Counted from the stretch's first letter, positions 14,790 through 32,577 are shown. The stretch is DNA of 64,000 nucleotides from the human T2T-CHM13v2.0 reference genome, Homo sapiens (GCF_009914755.1 NC_060925.1), one strand, 5' to 3'. The notes: generated from the sequence alone by a model not told the origin. Numbers and translations: made by a program.

Positions 14790-15100
14790 ATATGTATATA
14801 ATGTATATATTATATTATGTATTATATATAATTATATGATATATGATATATGTCATATATATTATATATGACATATATCATAATTAATTCAACAAAATAT
14901 ATTATATATAACATATATATATGATTGAAATATACAATATTATATTATATATAATATAATATAATATAATCATATTAAAATATAATATGATATATGTTAT
15001 ATATAACATATTATAAAGTATATTATATATTTTGTATATTATATATTATTATAATATAATCTATTATAATATATATTATATATATATAAATAAATATATA
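14790..15100. repeat. AT-rich degenerate (TA)n/(TATAA)n low-complexity tract
   Basis: About 310 bp composed almost entirely of A and T in alternating patterns. Confidence 0.9.
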
Positions 15101-15625
15101 AAAGAGATGATGCCCTAAAGAGCCTCTGACAATAACATGGTAAGGAAACAAATGGAGTCCGGAATATGCATTCCTAGCAGAGCAGAAAACTATTCTATTT
15201 AATACCATTAGGAGAAAAGGATATTTTGCTTTCTATGAATAATTTATGAAAAGATTTTGCACTCTAAACCACAAATCAGATATCTATACTGGATTAAATT
15301 ATTTTATGCTTTTACCAAAGGAGACTGTTCAGAGAGTTTAAAATTATAAAGTTATAGTTTCATTTACTTTTTAAAAAATTGATAAAATTCAAGAAGGATT
15401 TAGGGAATTTGCTATATTAAGAAAACAAATCTCTAAAGCTATTTGAGCCAGAAGAAAATGTTAGTCTCTTTCAAGACCAATCTCCCCCCAAAAAAGATGA
15501 ACACTTCTGTAAATAACTTTGATAAATAAGAAACCAAAAAATAGAAAAAAAAATTCTAGTGTAAGTAAATATGAATGGCTGGATTTGTATAATTGGAGAG
15601 AAAAAAGCTAAGCAACCTCACTCAC

Positions 15626-15855
15626 CTATTCTGTTCTTCCAGTTTAGCCAGGAGTTCTAAGTCGTCTGGACTCAACTGTGATGGGGAAGATGGTGAAAGG
15701 GCTGGTGTTGATAGTGTGGTAGATGAGGATGTGGTATGTAATGAAGTAGATGGACTTGCCACCTGACTGGCCATCTGACTGACTGTATGCGATACTGTGT
15801 TCTTCACCCATGAGAGAGTAGAGCTCAGCTTTTCTGCAACTTTGTCTGTCGCCAC
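15626..15855 (-). CDS. EVI5: EVI5 (ecotropic viral integration site 5, Rab-GAP TBC protein) coding exon, N-terminal region
   Basis: Translates VATDKVAEKLSSTLSWVKNTVSHTVSQMASQVASPSTSLHTTSSSTTLSTPALSPSSPSQLSPDDLELLAKLEEQNR, which I recognise as the EVI5 N-terminus. Minus-strand acceptor ttttatttttgtccttag|GTG at 15856/15855 and donor AATAG|gtgagt at 15626/15625. 230 bp. Internal ATG (MASQ) at 15772-15774. Confidence 0.96.
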
Positions 15856-17560
15856 CTAAGGACAAAAATAAAAGTTGCATATACTTTAGTTACACTGTAT
15901 TCATTACCGAGAACTTAATAATTCTGTTAGGATTTACTTAATAACCATCATCAGAATATTCTCTTTGAGGAAGTAAAGGTAAAACCTGTTTTAGCAACAA
16001 TACCCTAATATCCAGCTTTTGCAAACTGTTTATTTCAGTTCTGCAGCATGAACAAATCAGAACAGTGTTCCAAACTGAGACCCATCAGGAGTGACAAAAA
16101 TCAACCAGCATGTTTCAAAAATGAAAAAGAGCAAAAATATCAAATTAAAGATATGCTGTCTAATGAAATTTTTGTTATTTTAAAAATACATCCTACATGT
16201 ATGTATGTATATGGGTGTATTGAGTGAGGATGTAAAATGTATTCTTGGGGTTTTAGTCAAAAACATATGCAAGTCAAGGAATTAAAACATGTCCATTAGA
16301 TGATCAGGGAAATCCTGTAACATGACTAACAATTCAACAAAAACTGGGTGTATTTAGCATAAATAAAATGTAGTGAGGCCCTTGATTGATCTCTCTTCAA
16401 ACCACTAAAGAGTGTTGTTATAGAAGAGGGACTAGCACCCCAGGAACAAAATTATGGTAAATGGCTGGGTTAATAGAATGAGAGGGGTTCAAGGTAGAAT
16501 TTCTAATAGTTGGCTTATTCAGAAATAGAATGGGATGCCTAGGAAAGAGTAGTACATTCTCTACCAATAGCTACGTTAATGTGGCAATTGTAAAAGCCAA
16601 ATGTCAAGCGTTGGTTAAGGGTTAAGTTTCTGTTTTAGGTGGCTAACCAGGAAGAAAAAAGCCTTTAAGATTCCTCTCTTTTCTAAGATTCAACGAATTA
16701 TACATATGCTCACATATTTGTCATAAACCATGCCAACCTCCTAAGCAGATATGTATACAACAAATTCAGCTGAAAAAGAAAATGTACATACTGTTCAAAG
16801 CTAACACTGGTTTATATATGGCAATCCATATGAACATATGTACACACACAAAAAAAAAATCCTGTCCAGGTCCTGGTAGTAGGTACCACTCTCCTCATTG
16901 GTTACCCAAGCATTTCCTCCTGCCCTCAATATATACATGGCTTTTTCTCTGTCTCCACTTCCTCCACTTCAATTTAGCAGGGAAATTCCATGTACGGAAA
17001 GGATAAAATGGAAAAGCAATTCTAAGGACATAGTTAAGCCACTTAACCTGAGGATGGAGCATCTAAAAGGACAAAGATTCCATTACAAGTGCTGAATAGG
17101 GGCAAGAGTTTTATTAAACTCAAGATGCCTCTCATTTTCTTTCCATTTGCCAATAATTTTCCCCTTTTAGAACTTACTTCCTTTAGAAATGATATTATAG
17201 AAAGGATCAGTGGGCTGTTACCGTTGAGAGACGAATCCCAAGAAAGAAAAGTTGAATGGCATAAGAGACCTAAGAAAGAGAAGCATGAGGTGATCGTTTA
17301 TGCCTGCTTCCAGGCAAAAGAAGTCCTTCCTGTCAACTCATAGATGAAAACAGCTCATCAGGGCAAAAGGCCGTATAGGAACCAAATAATAATTTAGCCA
17401 AAACTTTATTTGTGCCACGAAATGACAGAAGCCATAGTAGGCACTAAGATAGCCTACTGTGTGATTTGTTATCCTATCGATCTTAGGATAACAACTATAA
17501 ACTCAATTGTGAAAATGGCACAAATTCGCATCCCCAAAGCACACTCTAATATTTAAAAAG

Positions 17561-17631
17561 AGAAAACCTAATGTATAAAATTTACAGAAAAACGGAAGAA
17601 AACCTAATGTATAAAATTTATAAAAAAATGG
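17561..17631. repeat. Tandem duplication, 2 x 36 bp
   Basis: agaaaacctaatgtataaaattta(c/t)a(g/a)aaaaa(c/t)gg at 17561 and 17597. Confidence 0.85.
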
Positions 17632-18218
17632 TACACTTTACCAATAATTTCAAATATACTTACAATTTTCAATAATTAATGCTTTACATTTTCATTATAT
17701 TAAACTCCCCTACTCAGTAAGTTAATTGCTGCAAAAGCAAAAGACACCTATTAATTGCTTTATTAAAAGAAATTTATATCATACCCCTTCTGCACACTGT
17801 AGCAAGAGGCTTCGATTTAAAGAGTCTGAAATAATCAAAAGCACAATTCTGACATGCTTTAGACCTCACTGAAATGGAATTCAGCCTATAACTACTAAAG
17901 ACTGAACTTCAAGTTTTAAGTTCTTAAATATAGTTAGAGTATTTAATTGCATCTGCAATTTAATAAAGTTTAATATTCATAGAATCTAGAAATCCCACAG
18001 GGCTAAATTATTTTTTCATATATCATCAGGTACTATTTTTCCTTTAATTTTACTTTTCCAAACTTCCACCCTGCCACCTCTGAATCTCTTTTCCTCAACC
18101 TAGGGTAAATTGAGGTCACATAAATAAATATAAACAAATCTGACAATGTAAATATGTCACAAAGTTCCTGTCTATCTCATAGAGGTGTTATGCATTTATT
18201 TTAAAAAGTGAACATACT

Positions 18219-18524
18219 GGCCGGGCACGGTGGCTCACACCTGTAATCCCAACACTTTGGGAGGCCAACGCAGGCAGATCACCCTGAGGTCAGGAGTTCG
18301 AGACCAGCTTGGCCAACATGACAAAACCCCGTGTCTACTAAAAATACAAAAATTAGCTGGGCATGGTGGCGGGCGCCTGTAATCCCAGCTACTCAGGAGT
18401 CTGAGGCAGGAGAATCACTTGAACCCGAGAGGCAGAGGTTGCAATGCACCAAGATCACGCCACTGCTCTCCAGCCTGAGCAACAAAAGCGAAACTCCGTC
18501 TCAAAAAAAAAAAAAAAAAAAAAA
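18219..18524 (+). mobile_element. AluS
   Basis: Full dimer. TSD aaaag(t/c)gaaca(t/c)act. Confidence 0.92.
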
Positions 18525-21054
18525 GCGAACACACTTTGAAAATGCTAAAACCATCATTAAAAAGGCTTAGTAATCACACACAAAAAAGGCCACATATTGT
18601 ATGATTCCATTTACATAAAAGTTCCAAACAGGCAAATCCAGAAGTAGATTAGTAATTTCCAGGGCCTGGGAAAAGGGATGGAAAATGACTACTAATGGGT
18701 ACAGGATTTCTTTATGGGGTGATGAAAATAATCTGGGATTGGTCAGTGGTGAAGGTTGCACAACCTTGTGAATATAATAAATGCCACTGAATTATACACT
18801 TTAAAAGGGGCAAATTTATGGTATATAAATTATATCTCAATTTTTTAAGTGTAGTAAAAGCGTTACATACTATTACAATAGTTGAATACAATCTCCCATG
18901 AGAAACAGACATGATTATATCACTTTATATTTTATTAAAAGGATGCTCTTAACTTCCCTAAAATAGATCTATTTTTAAAGATTCTGATTTTAGATCAAAA
19001 AATCATGAGGGAGAAAAGGACATGGCTATGGTTAATTACTTCCTGAATCATACTGTGAAACTGAATCACATTTCTAGAGTATAATATTCCCCCCTGGGTA
19101 AAGGGTACTATTGTGGGTAAAGAGGAACTATGAGTATGGGTACCTGTGCCATCACCGAGAGTCAAAAACCCAACAGATCTTTAAATGTCAAAAGTCAAGT
19201 TACCTTTAAAAAAAAAAAAAGGGGCAGTGCGGCAGAACACATTTCATAATGTCAGGACTTCAGCTATATACAGATGTCACAAAGATTCACCAATCATTTT
19301 GCAGTTCTATCTTTTTACCCTTCCTTAGAGCCAGGGAATATTTCCTAATACTTTTTCATATCTGTTTACTGAATGAACACATGAGATGATTTTAAAATAT
19401 AGTTACCATTAGTGTACATACAGCTTGCTTATATAAACATTTCACTATCTATTATCATTTTACAATCTTCCTTCAAAAAGTACAGGAACCAGAGACAAGT
19501 AGCTTTTAACACAGAAGCTCAAACACTTTCAAGGGCTATTGAGGACTAAGAGACTTTTCCACCACCACACCACAATGCAAAACTGCTTTATTTTCCGTCT
19601 CTTATTAGCTTCTCCAAAGTACCTGCTGTTTATCCCCACCCCTCTAATCTGTGTTACACTCATTTTTATCTCCGCTTTTTCTTTTCTTTTCTGGTTTCTT
19701 GTCTCTTGACAATTTTCTTACACTCTTTGATTCTCACAAAACTGGCCATTATGAGGGACTGCCAACCAGACATCTCATGTTCCTTCCTCGAGATGAGTGG
19801 ACCAAAGACACACAGGTCAAGATTTTGGTTTTATTTTTTATTGGGCTCACTTTTACTATGTCAGATATACATATGTGTGTATGTGTGTGTCTGTATACAT
19901 GTATGTATAAAATCAACTAATATTTACTGAGTATTCTGTGTAAGTCACTATGCAAAGCATGGAGACTGCTATAATTAAAGATAGTACCTTACCCTGTCAT
20001 TATTCCTGTATTTCTTATAGTCATATGGAAAAGTATCTAAAATAGTATCCCTATCACTCCCTTCAGTATCTTTGTTAATTGTATGGCAGTCTTAGACTTA
20101 GTACTGAAAGCCAGTATAACAGTTTCCACATGGTATGGTTTTTAGGGACTCTGATATGAAATTTTGACCAGCCTTCTGCGCTACCTAAACTCTACGTAGA
20201 TTCCATGCAACTCCCACTGTATGGTGCCAGAGGTTTGGAAACAAAGTTTCAAAAAGGAGGGGAATATATCCGCAAACACTTTTTCAGCATTTAAATCGCA
20301 CCAGGTACTGTTGTAAACACTTTATATGTATTAAATCTATTTAATTATTGAAATGCTATAAAGTAGGTATTACTATTTTCCACATTTTACAAGTGAAGAA
20401 ATGATGACACAAAAATGCTATACAACTTACATAAGGTCACAAAGCTAATAAAAGTCAAACACAGGCAATCTGGTTGGAGATTCCTTGCTCTTAACCACTA
20501 TCAAGAATGAGCAAGACCAAAGGTTGGCAATGGATGTGGTCACTAATGACTTCAGTGAGTCCATTTCACCAAAAGAAGGCAGAAACCAGATTATAGTAAG
20601 TTGAGGAGTATCTGAGAGATACAGAAATAAGAGCTGCAAAATATTCCCATTCCTACCACAATGACCTTTATTTTTGAGATTTCTTGAATCAGACTAATTC
20701 CTAAAGCCTGGAGATTCCAAAAGGATAGTCAGGATATTATTACATAACAAACTCTATTTTCGAAAAGGGCCTTCAAACAGACAGTAACTTCATTTGATTT
20801 TATTTTAAAAAGAAAAAAAAACTGGTACAATTCAGAAAACTGGGCTGATGGGGTTATTCTTTGTCACTGTGGAGTTAGCTTGTTTTATAATATAAAGGCT
20901 GATCTGACAACTCAGTATTTTATTTTTTAGGACTTTTCACATTATTTCATATTAACTCATTTTAGTGCTCATTCATAATTCTATAAAGTAGGTAATGTCT
21001 CCATTTTAGAGATAAGAAATCAAAGATTCAGCTCATTTAAAAGACCTCTTAAAT

Positions 21055-22920
<1,866 letters not shown>

Positions 22921-22929
22921 CTGGGGGAA

Positions 22930-23815
22930 AAAATTACCCCTTTCATTCTTGACATTAGTAATTTGTGTCTTCTCTCTTTTGTTCTTGTTACCCTGGCTAG
23001 AGGTCCGTCACTTTCAATGCCTTTTAAAAGAAACAGTTTTTCTTTCATTAATTTTGTAATTGTTTTCCTGTTTTCTATTTCACTGATTTCTACTAATTTT
23101 TATTATTTATTTTATTCTGCTTGCTTTAGGTTTATATTGCTCTTCTATCTAGTTCCCTAAAGTAGAAGCTTAATCACTGATTTTTGAATCTTTTTTTCTA
23201 CTATATGATTCAATATAAATCAAACTCTAAGCACTGCTTTTGCTGCTTTTCATTTTCCTTCAGTTCAAAATATTTTTAGTTTGAGACTTCAACTCATGTG
23301 TTACTTAGAAGTGTGTTTTTTAATTCCCAAGTATTTTCAGATTTTCCAAATATCTTTCTAACTATACAACACAAGTTGTATAGATAATTGTTAGTGATCT
23401 CTAACTTAATTCCACCGTGGTCTGAGAATACAAGTTAAGATGTGTTTTATGTCCCAGAATGTGGTTAATCTTGGCGAATGTTCCATATGAGTTTGAGAAA
23501 AATGTGTTTTTTGTTGTTGTTGGATGAAGCAGTCTATATATATCAATTAAATCCAGTTGATAAATGGTGCTATTCAGCTATAGCCTAACTGATTTTCTGT
23601 CTGCTACACTATAAATTACTGAGAGGTGTTGAGGCATCCAACTATAATAGTGAATTTGTCTATTACTCCTTACACTGCTATTGGTTTTTGCCTCACAGAC
23701 TATTTTGTCTTCTTTGAGAACGGACCCATTTATCATTATGTAATGCCTGTCTTTATCCCTGATAATTCTCCTTCTTAAGTTTGCTTTGTTTGAAATTAAT
23801 ATAATTATGCCAAAT
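22930..23815 (-). mobile_element. Old L1 ORF2 fragment on the minus strand
   Basis: T-rich, with aatgttccatatgagtttgagaaaaatgtgt and ccatttatcattatgtaatgcctgtctttatccct. Confidence 0.7.
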
Positions 23816-23816
23816 A

Positions 23817-23859
<43 letters not shown>
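23817..23859. repeat. (CT)n(CA)n microsatellite
   Basis: Directly visible. Confidence 0.95.
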
Positions 23860-23862
<3 letters not shown>

Positions 23863-24035
23863 GACGGCAGACTTGAAGACAATCTGGTGGTTTCTAGAGT
23901 GGCTCTGTTTTTGGAGAAGGGGCATTTCTCTTACATTCTTGAAAATACAACTTTGCATTTAAAAGGATGTTTGCATTTTGAGGTGCTTTATAGAGGAAGA
24001 GTTTTTCCAAGCTATGTAGTGAATCACATCATTAA

Positions 24036-24308
<273 letters not shown>

Positions 24309-24731
24309 TAATTTTTTTTTTTTTTTTTTTTGGTAGAGACAGGGTTTCACCATGTTGCCCAGGCTGGTCTCAAACTCCTGGGGCTCAAGCGATCCACCTG
24401 CCTCAGGCTCCAAAAGTGCTGAGATGACAGGCGTGGACCACCCACCCAGCCTTTTTCACTCTTTACTGCAAAACAAATTCTGAGAAATGCTGCTCAGTTG
24501 CCAACAGTACTCATTCTTTAAGGTGTTTGTGTGCTCTGTGTCATGTTTCTCTTCACTTCTATGGTACTTCTTGTTTATATTAAATATTGTGACATTCATT
24601 AATAATGATAATATTCACTGAGTACTTTCACATACATTATCACCTCATCTCCACAGTGCTATATGTGCCATATTATGCTTACACTGTTATATTATAAACC
24701 ATTAGATGTACTACTGCCTCTCAGTACCTTA

Positions 24732-24971
<240 letters not shown>

Positions 24972-25128
24972 TTATGCCACTGCACTCTAGCCTGGGCAAC
25001 AGAATGAGAGCTTGTCTGAAAAATAAAACAAAAACATTATTTCATATATATTCCTGTAGGTCAAAGACAGACCATTCATTACTCTTCATGAATCTTCTTG
25101 ATGACCTGAAAACAAAATTGGTGAATAG

Positions 25129-25521
25129 TGTTAAACTAAACTTGGCCTAAGGATGCCCATGTCCTTGAGTCCTTACATAACAAAGAGCAACCTAACTTAG
25201 TTGGCAAACTAACTGAAAGCCTAAGTTGGGTGTACAGTATACTTACGTAATAAATAGCTGAGTCTCAATCAATCACAGCAACCAAGCTTTAGGCAGCCAA
25301 CATTGAACCCATGTTCTAATAAAGCAAATGCCAAGCTGTAACCAAAAGAGCTGTCTCTTTACCTCGCTTCTGTTTTCTGTCCATAAATGCTGCTTGACCA
25401 CATTGCAGGTCAGAGTTCTCTGAACTTGTTCTGGTTCTGAAGGCTGTCCGAGTTGTGAATCGTTCTTTGCTCAATTAAACTCTGTTAAATTTAATGTGTC
25501 TAAGGCCTTTCCTTTTTACCA
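25129..25521 (+). mobile_element. ERV1-class solo LTR, MER57-family-like
   Basis: TG...CA ends. Starts tgttaaactaaacttggcctaag. Contains ctcaattaaactctgttaaatttaat near the 3' end. Confidence 0.65.
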
Positions 25522-26264
25522 GTGAGTACTCAATACTTTCTCAATGACTTTTGATTAATTTTGATTGTTAAATAGCACATTTCAATGAAGGTATCTCCTA
25601 TTCAAAATTCCCTTTGCAGCTATACACACTAAAAATAACTTTTAAAGTACTGTACTGGCTGGGCACAGTGGCTCACGCCTGAAATCCCAGCACTCTGGGA
25701 GGCCGAGGTGGGTGGATCACTTGAGGTCAGGAGCTCGAGATCAGTCTGGCCAACATGGTGAAACCCTGTCTCCACTAAAAATACAAAAATTAGCCGGGTG
25801 TAGTGGTGCATGCCTGTAGTCTCACCTACTTGGGAGGCTGAGGTGGGAGGATGACTTGAGCCCAGGAGGCCAAGGCAGAAGGACTGCTTGTGTCCAGCAG
25901 TTCAAGATCAGCCTGGGCAATAGAGCGAGACCCTGTCTCTACAAAAAATTAAAAAGAAAATTAGCCAGGCATGGTGGCGTGTGTCTGTGATCCCAGCTAC
26001 TTGGGATGCTAAGGCGGGAGGATCACTTGAGCCTGAGGTCAAGGCTGCAGTGAACTGTGATCATACCACTGCTCTCCAGCCTGGGCAACAGAGCAAGACT
26101 CTGGTTCAAAAAAAAAAAAAAGCTTTTTTAAAAAAGAAGTATAAGTGAGCAAAACAACCATATATTATTATATATTGTTACCCAATACAAGTAACGGGGG
26201 AAAAGCTATAGAATAATTTTTATGACACATTTGTAAAAGTCTGTATTTCCCAAAGATGGCCTAT

Positions 26265-26560
26265 ATAGTCCACAGGTTCCACATCCGCAGGTTCTGAACC
26301 AACCATGCATCACAAATATTCAAAATATAATAATACAATTAAAAATAATACAGATTTTTTTTAAAACAGTACTGTATAACAACTACTTACACAGCATTTA
26401 CATTGTATTAGGTATCATAAGTAATCTAGAAATGATTTTAAAGTATACAGGAAGATGTGTGTATATTATATACAAATACTGCACTATTTTATATATGGGA
26501 TTTAAGCATCCATGGTAGTATGAGGGCAGTGATCTTGGAACCAATCCCCTGCAGATGCAG
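26265..26560. mobile_element. MER2-type DNA transposon remnant
   Basis: acagcatttacattgtattaggtatcataagtaatctaga...ggaaccaatcccctgcagat. Confidence 0.7.
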
Positions 26561-26576
26561 CAAGAAAACTAATTGT

Positions 26577-27780
<1,204 letters not shown>

Positions 27781-27998
27781 ATCACATTATCCCACAAAAC
27801 AAAATTAAAATATTTAACAGTGCTTGAAATAAAACCAAGAAACTAAAAGTATAGAGTATCAGTAAAGACAGCATACCAGACTTATTTTTATTTTGGGGAG
27901 ACAGAGGCTTCAAATAATTGAGAAAAAAACATCTTTTCATTTGTCTATAGTGTGCTATGAGTAGGTACAAGTACACTAAGAAAATATAAATACATATT

Positions 27999-28308
<310 letters not shown>

Positions 28309-28380
28309 ACCTTCATAGCTACTTTATTCTTAATAGCCAAATAGATAGGAGATAGGACAAATAAATTGTATTATAGTCAT

Positions 28381-28549
28381 GATGATAAGGCTTCTTCACT
28401 CCTCCAGTAGAGGGCACACTCTTGCAAGCAGCTTTTGTAGCCAGTTGCTTCCTGGGTGTTTTACCACTGGTGCATCTGCTGGCAGTTAGCTTTGTACCAG
28501 CCATGGTATAGAGCTCTCCTTACTTAACCTCCTCCTTCAGCTGGAGCTC
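28381..28549 (-). pseudogene. Histone H3.3 (H3-3A/H3F3A-derived) processed pseudogene fragment: 5' UTR plus ~40 codons
   Basis: [39 protein letters not shown] aligns to the H3 tail and has the H3.3-specific Ser31 (PSTGG). Leader gagctccagctgaaggaggaggttaagtaaggagagctctataccATG resembles the H3-3A mRNA leader. The 3' portion is missing. Confidence 0.88.
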
Positions 28550-30080
28550 CTAATTTTTAACTTCTTAAAAGGCAACCATTCTACAATATGAACATATAAG
28601 CCTGGGCATTCAGAAGCTTTTAATATGGATACTCTAGCACATCTTTAATAATATATACAAAGTTCAGTTTCATCTACTATTTAATTTTCCAACAGGAGAG
28701 ACTGCCTTGAATACCTCTATATCCCCAGTATCAAAGACCTTGTCTATCATAAACCAGATGCTCAATAAATGTCTCTGTGGAATAAAGGGTAATTTCTACA
28801 TATATATATAGTATCTATAAATATATGTAAATAAATATATATACCTAGTTAAGCAGGAGAGTACTAACTACTGAATATGAGTATTCACTTAATTAGCCAA
28901 ATCATGCTAACTTCAGACAAGGAAAAACTCCCTCCCCATTTAGAGCACAGAAAGTGTTATAAAATAATGTACTTTGCCAAGCATTCGAAGAGTCACTAAA
29001 ATGTAGATCCAACCTTATCACACATAATCTACATCCTGCTAAAAGGGGGCCCACAGCCTCAGATTTCCAAATATCCATACTAATTCATGTTCACATAACT
29101 GCTCTCTAAGTCTCTTAAAATGCTCAATCAAGCCACCAAAGTTGACACAGATGAAAATAAGCTCACCACTCAAAAATATAACTCACACAAGAGACAAAAC
29201 TCAATAAATGACAGCTGAGCATAGAATTAGACCCACAAGCACTTCAACTATCGGAATTATCAAATACAGAATATATAACTACTTTTAAAATGCTTAAAGC
29301 AATAAAAGAATTTTTTAAATGAGCAAGGAATAGGATACAAACAAAGATCATGCAAATTTTTGAAGTATCCAAGCGGAACTTATAGAAATAAAAAATTTAA
29401 TAAATGAAATAGGAAAAAAAGGGAGGTGAGATGTGGGGAAGACAGAGGGATAGAGAATTAAACAGACATAAACAGAAAATCAATGAACTAGAAGAGCCGA
29501 AGACATTAACTCAGAAGGCAGCACAGATACAAATCAATACTTAAGAGGTTTATTTTAATACAAAACCAAATAAAAAATGGTATTTGCTTTACCAAACTAA
29601 GTCATCTTTCATATAACAAGATAATGAATACATGAAAACATAAAAATAAATCAAGAATCAAAACTAAAACTAACACTTTCACGAACACGCTGAAAAACAC
29701 CACAATCATCACACTACACTATACTCTTTAGACATTTTAGGGGTCACAAACTCCTTTGAGAAATTCATGCACATATGAACAAAATTTTGCAAATAATTTT
29801 TGAACTTTCCTATCATCCCCAGATCCAGAAGTAGAATTCCTGACCCTCCTTTGGCTATAATAAATGTCTACCCCGTTGCCTTTTTCCCCTTACTTTTAAT
29901 TTTTACCACTTACATGAGGTTATGACCAGAAAAAAAAAAGTAATATTTTATCTGTTGACTTCTTCCTGTGAAAAAGGTCAATTAGTTCTTTCCCCATCAT
30001 CCATATCATCAACCTTGCCCACCATAACATACAAACACTTCATACATTCCATTATCCCTATGTAATTAAAACATATTTTT

Positions 30081-30386
30081 GGGCCGGGTGCGGTGGCTCA
30101 CGCCTGTAATCCCAGCACTTTGGGAGGCCGAGGCGGGCGGATCATGAGGTCAGGAGATCGAGACCATCCTGGCTAACACGGTAAAACCCCGTTTCTACTA
30201 AAAATACAAAAAATTAGCCAGGCATGGTGGCGGGCACCTGTAGTCCCAGCTACTCAGGAGGCTGAGGCAGGAGAATGGCATGAACCCGGGAGGCAGAGCT
30301 GGCAATGAGCCAAGATCGCACCACTGCACTGTAGCCTGAGCGACAGAACAAGACTCCCTCTCAAAAAAAATAAAAATAAATAAAAA
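30081..30386 (+). mobile_element. AluY-like
   Basis: gagatcgagaccatcctggctaacacg and gagaatggcatgaacc. TSD aaaacatatttttg. Confidence 0.92.
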
Positions 30387-31393
30387 ACATATTTTTGGTT
30401 ACACCAATATTCAGTGTATGCATTAACATGACTATGTAACTTTAGTCACAGTTGTTCTATGAGGTATACTGTGATTACTTTTACTTTCTTGGACCAATTT
30501 TTTACTTTCCCTGGAGTTAATAAATGTCTAATTGTTTAGCTTTATTTGTACTTATAAATTCACCCCCAATTCATCCAATTATATAAATCTCCTCAACATA
30601 TTCGAGCATATCACATGTGCTATCAATGTTATATTTTTGTACAAGTCCTTTCTGCAACCTTCTGACTTGCTCCATTCTGGACTAGTTGCTCTACACCTGG
30701 TACACAACTGTGATCCCAGGTATTCCTTTCACCTCACTTGGGTTGGATCATTTGTTTCCTAAACACTATGTCTTCCCTTTGCTCAAAACACTCTTATTTT
30801 GGTGGAGTACCTCCTCTACTACCTTCCTGAAAGGGGTTGCATGAGAGGTGAGTTTGAGACACTGCATATGTGAAAATGCTTTTTCTACTGTTACACTTGA
30901 AAATGACTGCACTATAAACTCTTAGATTACAAATAATTTTCCCAACCGGGCACAGTGGCTCCCGTCTGTAATCTCAGCACTTTGGGAAGCCAAGGTGGGT
31001 GGATCATCTGGCTCAGGAGTTCGAAACCAGCCTAGGCAACATGGTGAAACCCCATCTCTACTAAAAACACAAAAAATTAGCCGGGCATGGTGGTGCACGC
31101 CTATAATAATTACAACTACTTGGGAGGCTGAGGCAGGAGAGTTGCTTGAACCCAGGGGGCGGAGGTAGCAGTGAGCCAAGATCACGCCACTGCACTCAAG
31201 CCTGGGCGACAGAGAGACACCCTGTCTTAAAAAAATAATAATTTTCCCTTATACTTAAGATATTGCCCTCTATTGTCTTTTGCTTCCAGTATTCTTGTTG
31301 AAGAGCCTGTAACTACTCTAATTTTATTAACTAACCCATTTTTCCTTTACCTCTGGGAACTTCTCTATCTTCTCCTTAGCCCCTTAGTTGTGA

Positions 31394-31624
<231 letters not shown>

Positions 31625-32577
31625 TGATTTGCCCGCCTCGACCTCCCAAAGTGCTGGGATTACAGGCGTGAGCCACTCACTGCACCCAGCCTAATGAAAC
31701 GTCTTAATACAGATATTTTTTTCACCTGTTGTGCTTAGCACTCCAATGGGCCCTTTTAATTTAGAAAAGGACCAATCGGAGTGCTAAGCACAGCAGGTTG
31801 TTCAGTTCTGGGAACTTTTCCTTCTTTGTGGGGAGCGGGGAGTCGACCTGAGCATGACGAGGGGCAGCGGTGCAGCACAGCCCTGTTTTCCTAATTTCTT
31901 TTATGACATCCTCCTCCATATTTTCTTTCTGAAACTCCTGTCTCCTTGCCAGTCAGCTCACAATAAAGCCCTTTTTCTTTTCTCAAAAGCCGGTGTCATA
32001 GTATTGGGTTCTATGAGCATCAAGCAGTGAGCCCACTGCTTAGTAATACCAGTATCACTCACTGAACAAGAATTTATTTAGAATCTACTTTCTAAAAGAA
32101 CACTTTATTGGGTGCTAAAAGTGTCGTCATAAACAAAATAGACATGGTCCTTTCCCTCACAGAGCTAGTTAAGAAGTCAGACAAATAGTGAATAAATAAA
32201 TGCAGAGAAGGATACATGACATGAGGGCAAAACACTAAAGAACTTAATTTGATAGGGTGGATAAGGACTGCCTTTCTGAGGAGGCAACGTTTAAGATAAG
32301 ATCTATGAAATGAGCAGGAAGAAGCCAGATAAACAAAGGGTCAGGCAAAAAAAAAAAAAAGAAGGAAAATGTACAAAGGCCCTGAAGAACTGAATATTTT
32401 GATGGGTTAAAAACCACTCTCATCCAGTCGACGTGGCTCAGGCCTGTGATCTCAGCACCTTGGAAGGCCAAGGCAGGAGGATCACTTGAGCCCAGGAGTT
32501 CAAGACTAGCCTAGGCTACACAGTGAGACTTCATCTCAATCAAACAGTCAATCAACCAATCAATCAATCAATAGAAA

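Noticed and set aside
28319-28504. 61-aa H3-tail ORF as a functional micropeptide
   Set aside because: Many tail Arg/Lys residues are altered (R2, R8, K9, R26), the histone fold is absent, and the C-terminus comes from copied L1 sequence. No promoter is evident.
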